Virus record (IMG/VR): IMGVR_UViG_2772190757_000004
Location: 6,396-70,395 of that record
Origin: a virus
Lineage: Duplodnaviria; Caudoviricetes
Reading direction: 5' to 3' (one strand)
DNA length: 64,000 nt
Positions within the stretch are counted from its first letter, which is position 1. Every line of letters begins with the position of its first letter. Positions 57,804 to 64,000 of this stretch are shown here, piece after piece. A program made the translations under genes and the position numbers. The notes under the pieces were generated by a model. That model saw only the letters and a list, made by a program, of their open reading frames with translations, was not told the origin of the DNA and searched no databases.

Positions 57804-57977
57804 ATGGAAGTCATCCTCGCCATCACATTGGCTGCCATGGTGATGCTCGCGGCAGCTCTATCATCCAGCCGCGCAACCCATCCGGCGCAGCACCGAGCCG
57901 GGGCCAGCGTTGCCGACATACAGGCACGCCTTGCAGCAGAGCGCCGACGTGCATATGAGCCAACCAGGCGGTGGTGA
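57804..57977 (+). CDS. Small membrane-anchored protein
   Basis: RBS AAGGAG; MEVILAITLAAMVMLAAAL...SVADIQARL. Confidence 0.55.
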   Translation: MEVILAITLAAMVMLAAALSSSRATHPAQHRAGASVADIQARLAAERRRAYEPTRRW

Positions 57978-57979
57978 CG

Positions 57980-58324
57980 ATGTTCGAAACCCCGAGGGCC
58001 ATAGGCTATTTGCGCAGCGATGTGTCCGGAGCACGCCAGCAGTGGGAAGAAATGCAGAACCGCAGCCTCGCCAAACGGCTCGGCTACACGCTCGCGAAAA
58101 CCGTCGTGTTCAGCGAGCACATCGAAGACCCCATCCAACGGCTGATCAACGTCGTCCGCCGGATGCGCGCGGAGGCGGTGGTCGTGCCGAATCTGGAGCA
58201 CTTCGGCGGAACGGTGCCCGACGAGCTGGTGCGGGTGGTCGATGTGATCACCGTCGATCCGCACGACACCTACGCACGCTGGATCATTCCGCCGGACACG
58301 ACCATTGAAATGCGGTCACGGTGA
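57980..58324 (+). CDS. Resolvase N-terminal-like small protein
   Basis: AIGYLRSDVSG...LAKRLGY...EAVVVP.LEH. Confidence 0.6.
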   Translation: MFETPRAIGYLRSDVSGARQQWEEMQNRSLAKRLGYTLAKTVVFSEHIEDPIQRLINVVRRMRAEAVVVPNLEHFGGTVPDELVRVVDVITVDPHDTYARWIIPPDTTIEMRSR

Positions 58325-58734
58325 CGGCCGCCTTGGTCCCGATATCGCCGCCGCGCGGTACCTACGATGTCGGTGTCCGCTGCTTCCTCGGGCTGCGCCG
58401 ATTCGCGCGAGAGGCGGGCGTGCCCTATGACCGGCTCCAGCGATGGCGCGTGCACGGCCCGTACTGGGTGCCGCCGCCAGTAGTCATGATCGGCCGTTGG
58501 CCGGGATGGACGCTGCCCATGATCCAGACGTGGGCACCGATCGTCGTAGCCGGTGCCGGACCAGTTCCACCGGAATGGCGCTGGCCTGAGCCGACGATCG
58601 ATGCGGCGGACTCGGTGACCATGTGCCGCCGCCATGGGATCGCGCACGCGGGGCTCTGGCTGCGGATCAGTCGCGGCGACATTCCGCGCCCGGACATCTG
58701 GGTTGATGACAAACCCGGCTGGATCACCCAGTGA
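58321..58734 (+). CDS. Hypothetical protein with duplicated AlpA-like motif
   Basis: VPPPVVMIGRWPGW and IPRPDIWVDDKPGW repeats. Confidence 0.5.
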   Translation: MTAALVPISPPRGTYDVGVRCFLGLRRFAREAGVPYDRLQRWRVHGPYWVPPPVVMIGRWPGWTLPMIQTWAPIVVAGAGPVPPEWRWPEPTIDAADSVTMCRRHGIAHAGLWLRISRGDIPRPDIWVDDKPGWITQ

Positions 58735-59440
58735 GCCGGGGCTAGTTCACGCGGTCACAGCCCGTCCTGCACCGGAATCCGACACTGCGACGGTCCCCCG
58801 ACACCTCGGGGTTCCGCTGACCTCGACCGAGAGGTGCTCGAGCAGCACCGCAAGATGTACTGCCACAACCGAATGAATCCGGACGAGAACTACCGGGTTC
58901 TACGCGAGCCCCCAGCCTCGAGGCTGGGGGCTCGCCCCATGTGTAGGTCATACCAACCGGTGTCCCGATCGTTTTGTGATCCGGTGTCGCAAAACAGGCC
59001 CCCCCCCGTGCAACTACCGGGCGAGAGGACTTAGCGAATTCGCCGGGAAGGAGGACCGCTGTGTCATATCGCGCGAGAAGTCGGACGCCGTGGTTAGGAG
59101 CAGGTCAGGAGGGGTGTCCCGCACCCTTCCGATCGGTTGTCGAACGTTGGGGAGCTCCTGCCTTTGCTGAGGACACGAGGAGAAAAGAATGCCGACGAGC
59201 CGAGGAGGTTGCGATGCGTGAAGTTCGGCGCAGCGTTCGGTGCCGGTGGTCGATGGGCCGCCCGGCGCGCGGTGGTGGGGCGGGCGCTATCCCAATCTTT
59301 ATCCCGTCCTACCCGGATTTTCAGGCAGCGGGGTGCCAGTACTGGGTGCACGAGAAATCTACGGCCACGATCCGAGGAGTAGCCATGAGCAAGGTCCCTC
59401 CGTCTATCCCGTGTCAGGTGCGCTGGCGGGAGGCATTCGC

Positions 59441-60607
59441 ATGATCATGCAGCTCGGTCGGAATCTCGATGCGTTCGTCCAGGGACTGTCCGCCGGAGTC
59501 TGGCGGCTGATCAACCTGGGCTGGCGGTGGCTGGTCATCGCCGCCGTGGTTTTCGTTCTCGCGCGGCTGGTGCTGGGCTGGCTGGTCGGCTGGTACCGCT
59601 GCCGGGAGGCGCGGGAGGCGGTGTGGTTGCAGGTCACCGTGCCCGCGACGATGGGCCGGGATGCGGGCGAGCGGTTCGCCCGGTCGCTGGCCGGCATGCT
59701 GCACCGGACTCACCGCCGGCCGTGGCGGGCGCGGCATGTGGCGTGTGAGTTCTTCGCCACCGACGACGCGACGACGGTAGGGCTGTGGGTGCCGCCCGCG
59801 TTCGCGCCGAAAGACGTTCTTGCCGCCATTCTCGGCGCGTGGCCCGGCGCGCAGGTCGAACAGGTGACCCCACCGCCGACGCTGGAGGGACGCGGTGGGG
59901 TGTGCGGGCGAGAGATCGCGCCGCGCGCTGGGGAATGGTCACCGCTGGTGGACGCGACCGCCAGGCGGGTGGTGGACGCGGACGACTACGACCCGTTGGG
60001 GCAGGTGCTGACCGCACTGGCCGAACGCGGGCCGGGTGAGACCGCCGTCGTTCAGGTGATCGTGGCCGCGCAGCGCGGCACGGGTTCCCGCGGCTTGGGT
60101 GTGCGGGTGCTCGACGGTACCGGCGGGCTGTGCCTGTGGCTGCTGCGGGAACTGCTGGACTTCCTTCAGCCCGGCCCGGCCCCTGCCCGCACCGGTTATC
60201 GTGCGCGGAGTACGCAGGATCCCGATCCGGTTGCCGCGCAATGGTTTCGAGACGTCGTGGTCAAGAAGACGGATCGGCAGCATCTGCGGGTGACCGTGCG
60301 TGCGGGTGTGGCGGGGTCGGTCCCGGCCCGCTATCGGCGCGGTGCGGTCACGCGGCTGACCGATGGCTATGACCAGGTTGTCACCGCTGGTGACGGCCTG
60401 ATCACGCGCAGGGTCGCGCGCGCCGCGCGGCGTATCGCCGCCCGGCGGCCGGGGCCGGGATTCGTCGCCACGGTCGCCGAACTCGCCGCGCTGTGGCATC
60501 TCCCGGCCCATGGCGGCACCTACGGCATGGACACCAGCCCCGCCCGCACCCGCGCCGCCGGACGCCGCGCCCCGCGCATCCCCGACTGGAAGGACGATCA
60601 GCAATGA
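59441..60607 (+). CDS. Membrane protein associated with coupling ATPase
   Basis: N-terminal TM, WLQVTVP, HVACE, AWPGA, DPL..VL.AL, ELAALWHLP; ATGA-coupled to T4CP. Confidence 0.65.
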   Translation: MIMQLGRNLDAFVQGLSAGVWRLINLGWRWLVIAAVVFVLARLVLGWLVGWYRCREAREAVWLQVTVPATMGRDAGERFARSLAGMLHRTHRRPWRARHVACEFFATDDATTVGLWVPPAFAPKDVLAAILGAWPGAQVEQVTPPPTLEGRGGVCGREIAPRAGEWSPLVDATARRVVDADDYDPLGQVLTALAERGPGETAVVQVIVAAQRGTGSRGLGVRVLDGTGGLCLWLLRELLDFLQPGPAPARTGYRARSTQDPDPVAAQWFRDVVVKKTDRQHLRVTVRAGVAGSVPARYRRGAVTRLTDGYDQVVTAGDGLITRRVARAARRIAARRPGPGFVATVAELAALWHLPAHGGTYGMDTSPARTRAAGRRAPRIPDWKDDQQ

Positions 60608-62034
60608 ACGACTCGCCACGCTTCGACAAGCCCGCGAATCCCGATGACAACACGCAGCCTTCGGGCGATCACCCGTTGGTGAACCGGCTACGGCTGGCCA
60701 CACCAGACGACGTGCGCCGCCAGTCACCCAAGCCGCTGGGACTGGCCACCGATGGCGACATGATCGGGTTGACGGTGGCGGGCGCACGCCATCACGTCCA
60801 TGTGCCGGGGGTGACCGGTTCCGGGAAATCGACGTGGCTGGCCAACCTGACGCTGGCCGAGGCCGCCGCCGGGCGTGGGGTGGTGTTGCTGGACTGCCAG
60901 GGCGATCTGGCCAACAACGTGCTCGCGCGGCTGCCCGCGTATGCGGCCGAACGGCTGGTGATCTTGGACCCGGCCGAACGGGACGCGCCCCCGGCGTGGA
61001 ACGTGCTCGCCGCCCCCGCCGGGCTGGCCGATGACCTCGAGGGCCGCGAGTTCGCGGCCGAGACCGTGATCGGCACCTTCCGCAAACCCCACGCCCAATG
61101 GTGGGGACCGCGTATGGAGGAGATCTTCCGGGCGGCGTGCTTGACTGCGGCCCGCCGTCCGGGCTCCACCCTGGCCGATGTGATACCGCTGCTGACCGTG
61201 CGCGGCCATCACCGCGCCATCACCACCCGCTACGGGGAACCTGGTGGGTTCGAAGGGTTTTGGAGCGGCTACGACGCTTTGAGCGACCCGCAACGCCAAC
61301 AGCTGTACGGGCCGGTGGTCTCACGGTTGCGGTCGGTGCTGTCGCACCGCTTCGCCGGGGATCTGCTCGCGGCCCCGGCTTCCACGTTCGACCTGACCGA
61401 AATCCTGAACGGCGGAATACTCATCGCCCGAATCCCCAAGGGCGAGATCACCGACTACGGCAGTCAACTCGTCGGGTCGCTGCTGTTGTCGGGGTTGTGG
61501 TCGGCGATCACCCGCCGCGCCGGACTATCACCCGATCAGCGGCTCGACGCGACCATCATCGTGGACGAATGCCACAATTTCCTGCATTTACCGATCGGCG
61601 TCGATGACGCCTTGGCCGAGGCGCGCGGCTATCGGGTGTCGCTGGTCCTCGCGCACCAGCACATGGCGCAATTGCCGCCGGAAATGCGGGAAGCGATCGA
61701 CGCGAACGCCCGCAATAAGATCGTGTTCACCGTGTCTCCGGACGACGGCCGGAAATTCGGGCCGCATTTCGCGCCCTATTTTCAGCCAGCGGATCTGTCG
61801 AACCGGCCCGGCTACGAAGTGACCGCGCGTATCATTCATGACGGCAGAGCCTTTCCGCCGTTCAGCCTGGACACCGTGCCATTACCGTCCGAAATAGCGG
61901 GACGCGCGGACGAGTTACGGACTGCGGCACGGAATTTGACCGGCCTCTCACAGCAACAGCGGACGCTACTTAAACACCGGACCGAATTGTCGGACGCGTA
62001 TAAACGCAAATTCGATCCAGGGTCGGCAGCGTGA
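60604..62034 (+). CDS. VirD4/TraD-like type IV coupling ATPase
   Basis: HVHVPGVTGSGKST, LLDCQGDL, IIVDECHNF, EARGY..LAHQ. Confidence 0.85.
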   Translation: MNDSPRFDKPANPDDNTQPSGDHPLVNRLRLATPDDVRRQSPKPLGLATDGDMIGLTVAGARHHVHVPGVTGSGKSTWLANLTLAEAAAGRGVVLLDCQGDLANNVLARLPAYAAERLVILDPAERDAPPAWNVLAAPAGLADDLEGREFAAETVIGTFRKPHAQWWGPRMEEIFRAACLTAARRPGSTLADVIPLLTVRGHHRAITTRYGEPGGFEGFWSGYDALSDPQRQQLYGPVVSRLRSVLSHRFAGDLLAAPASTFDLTEILNGGILIARIPKGEITDYGSQLVGSLLLSGLWSAITRRAGLSPDQRLDATIIVDECHNFLHLPIGVDDALAEARGYRVSLVLAHQHMAQLPPEMREAIDANARNKIVFTVSPDDGRKFGPHFAPYFQPADLSNRPGYEVTARIIHDGRAFPPFSLDTVPLPSEIAGRADELRTAARNLTGLSQQQRTLLKHRTELSDAYKRKFDPGSAA

Positions 62035-62036
62035 GG

Positions 62037-62111
62037 CCATTGGGTTTCCCAATGGGTGTCCCACAGCCCTCCCGTTGGGTGTCCCGCTTAAGAGTGGGAC
62101 ACCCAACGGGA
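62037..62111. promoter_or_regulatory. Inverted-repeat cluster, candidate oriT/nick site
   Basis: 16-bp perfect IR 62070-62085/62096-62111; 8-bp IR 62037-62055; TGGGT(G/T)TCCC iterated. Confidence 0.6.
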
Positions 62112-62159
62112 CACTCCCGGTCAACCATCACCCCAGCTCGGCAACGGAGGCGGCTCGCC

Positions 62160-63023
62160 ATGACGAAACCCCCACTGGCTTCTATAGCCACCCGACACAG
62201 GATCACCACCGCCGACGCCATCACCACCCAACGACAACTCACCTCCCGCGATATCGAGCTATTGGAATTGCTCGACACTCATCACGTTCTCACTTCCACG
62301 CAGATCGCGCGGTTGCTGTTCGCCAGTGAGAACGTGGCACGGAAACGGCTTGCCAAGCTCACCGCACGCGGCGTGATCGGGCGCTTCCGGTCATGCCCCG
62401 GCCCCGGCACCCTGCCGTGGCGCTACACCCTCGGACCGCTCGGCGCGATGATCATCGCCGCCAGCCACGGGCACACGCTGCCCACCGCCAGCAAAACACA
62501 CGAGAAAATGCTCCGACTATCCCGATCCCAGCGACTCGATCACCTGCTCGGCATAAATGAATTCTTCTCACACCTGAAATTCGACGCGCGAAACAAGGAC
62601 GGCCAGGAGCTTCTGGAATGGTGGAACGAACGCGACACGGCCGAAATCTGTGCGAACATCGTGCGGCCTGACGGATACGGCCACTGGGAAGAACACGGAA
62701 AACGGATACGCTTCTTCCTCGAATACGACAACGGCACCGAGACGATAGAAGAACTCGTAGGCAAGCTCGGCCGATATCGAGAATTGGCACAAGCAGGAAT
62801 GAACCTGCCGGTGCTCTTCGTATTCACCGGAGAGCTGCGGCAGAACAACTTTCATCGCCACCTCAGCGCACAACCCGCGCTCACCGCCGGACTCGCCGTG
62901 GCGAGCACGGCAACCGGCGATATCGACGCCATGAGCCCAGCGGGGCCCGTGTGGCTGCCCGCTGGCAGCCACGACCGCCAACGGCTGATCGCACTCACCG
63001 AACCCACGGCACTCGCCGCCTGA
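62160..63023 (+). CDS. Replication-relaxation family protein
   Basis: LTSRDIELL..H.VLTSTQI, HLLGINEFF, VRPDGYG, FFLEYDNGTE..L.GKL.RY. Confidence 0.85.
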   Translation: MTKPPLASIATRHRITTADAITTQRQLTSRDIELLELLDTHHVLTSTQIARLLFASENVARKRLAKLTARGVIGRFRSCPGPGTLPWRYTLGPLGAMIIAASHGHTLPTASKTHEKMLRLSRSQRLDHLLGINEFFSHLKFDARNKDGQELLEWWNERDTAEICANIVRPDGYGHWEEHGKRIRFFLEYDNGTETIEELVGKLGRYRELAQAGMNLPVLFVFTGELRQNNFHRHLSAQPALTAGLAVASTATGDIDAMSPAGPVWLPAGSHDRQRLIALTEPTALAA

Positions 63024-63041
63024 TCGAAAGGGACAGCGACT

Positions 63042-63236
63042 ATGCCCGAGGACACCCCCGCACAGAACGAAGGCCCGGCCGACCAGCCGGGCACCGAACC
63101 CGATCAGCTCAGCTTCGACGCCGAACTCATCGACTACTGGCGGGGAATCACCTCCCGATTCCCCGCCATGAACGACGAACACTTTGCCGCCGTCGCCGCC
63201 ATAGTCCGCAAAATCGACGAGCGTCGGGCAGCCTAG
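63042..63236 (+). CDS. Small hypothetical protein (possible recombination directionality factor)
   Basis: 64 aa with RBS, convergent with and overlapping the recombinase stop. Confidence 0.45.
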   Translation: MPEDTPAQNEGPADQPGTEPDQLSFDAELIDYWRGITSRFPAMNDEHFAAVAAIVRKIDERRAA

Positions 63237-64000
63237 CTCTTCCCTCTGTTCTTCTTCTTGACGTCCTCGATCGCAATCCGGCCCGGGTCGAAATGAGCGC
63301 GCCCATTGCGTACGGCTGTCTTGATCACGACTCGCTTCCCGGTAAGCGCTTGGCGGAACATTCCCCGTTTCTCGGTTGTGGTAGCCGCCTTCCATCGGGC
63401 CGTCCATTCATCAAGCGATGCCTTTGCGTCTTCCGCGGATACAGGACCGTCCGGGACGGTGCCGATCTCGTCGAGCTTGGCATTCAATTCGGCAATCTGC
63501 TGTTCCAAGGGGTCCATGGCCGCGTCGTACCGGGCCACGGTTATCTGGCGGCGGCCCAACCTCTTTGAGAGCTCGAGGGCCAACTGCTCGCACTCAGCGC
63601 GTTCCGCCATGAGGGGTCGGCGCGCTTCCTCGATGGCTTTGGATGCTGCCTCCACCGCCTCGGCGTGACGGGGGTCTGCCAGGATGCCAACAACGATCGC
63701 GCCTATGTGCTTGTCCAATTCGCGCTGGTCGATGGTGATCTTGCCGCAGCCGCCATTAATCGCACGCTTCTGACACCAGTATTGCCGCCGCATCTTTCCA
63801 TCCGGGTAGGGCCGCAGATTGGCTTTGGGCCGCCCGCTGAGGTGATGCCCGCAGAGGTCGCAGAACACGAGCCCCGAGCACAGATAGGTTTCCGAGTTCG
63901 GTCGGCCCCGTTGCCGGGATGCGAACAGCGCCATGAGCCTGTCCCAGTCCTTTTCGGCAACGATGGGCGTGCCCGCTGCCTTCGCAACGATCTCACCCAT
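63233..64000 (-). CDS. Large serine recombinase, C-terminal part
   Basis: PIVAEKDW, YLCSGLVFCDLCG, YWC..GGCGK zinc ribbon, coiled coil, W..ATTTEKR. Confidence 0.88.
   Translation of the reverse strand: MGEIVAKAAGTPIVAEKDWDRLMALFASRQRGRPNSETYLCSGLVFCDLCGHHLSGRPKANLRPYPDGKMRRQYWCQKRAINGGCGKITIDQRELDKHIGAIVVGILADPRHAEAVEAASKAIEEARRPLMAERAECEQLALELSKRLGRRQITVARYDAAMDPLEQQIAELNAKLDEIGTVPDGPVSAEDAKASLDEWTARWKAATTTEKRGMFRQALTGKRVVIKTAVRNGRAHFDPGRIAIEDVKKKNRGKS

Larger units (their letters stand above)
52116..64000. mobile_element. Serine-recombinase integrative (mobilizable) element inserted in nei; right end outside window
   Basis: nei disruption, lower-GC cargo, coupling ATPase, Replic_Relax, large serine recombinase. 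Confidence 0.88.

Overview
High-GC actinobacterial chromosome segment, most consistent with Nocardia (inferred from gene content, not verified). (1) Positions 1 to ~49840 are a largely intact temperate siphovirus prophage read almost entirely on the minus strand. From right to left it runs: immunity switch (repressor/Cro/Xis/antirepressor), early genes (WhiB, RecE-like exonuclease, ERF, HNHs, C5 methyltransferase, replication initiator, MazG-like, resolvase), late regulators, terminase, portal, capsid, tail, a lysis cassette embedded among the tail genes, fibre genes and a lipase cut by the window edge. It abuts the 3' end of a tRNA-Gly(TCC) gene (49843-49916); no integrase lies inside the window. 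(2) A short host segment carries a GGDEF diguanylate cyclase and the 3' half of an Fpg/Nei glycosylase gene. (3) From ~52116 to the window end is a serine-recombinase integrative element inserted in the H2TH motif of host nei. It carries a BcgI-like restriction-modification gene, its own intact nei copy recoded synonymously at the target site, a SLOG/XRE-TPR pair, a VirD4-like coupling ATPase and a Replic_Relax protein. Top observations: the nei-replacement element with att-site recoding; a GGGCCUGCGA complementary RNA motif linking leaders of three tail genes (pseudoknot or kissing loops); a mini-intein in a virion tail protein; and a packaging HNH gene with no start codon, separated by one TAG from an upstream in-frame micro-ORF. 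All family assignments come from motif recognition by eye, not database searches.
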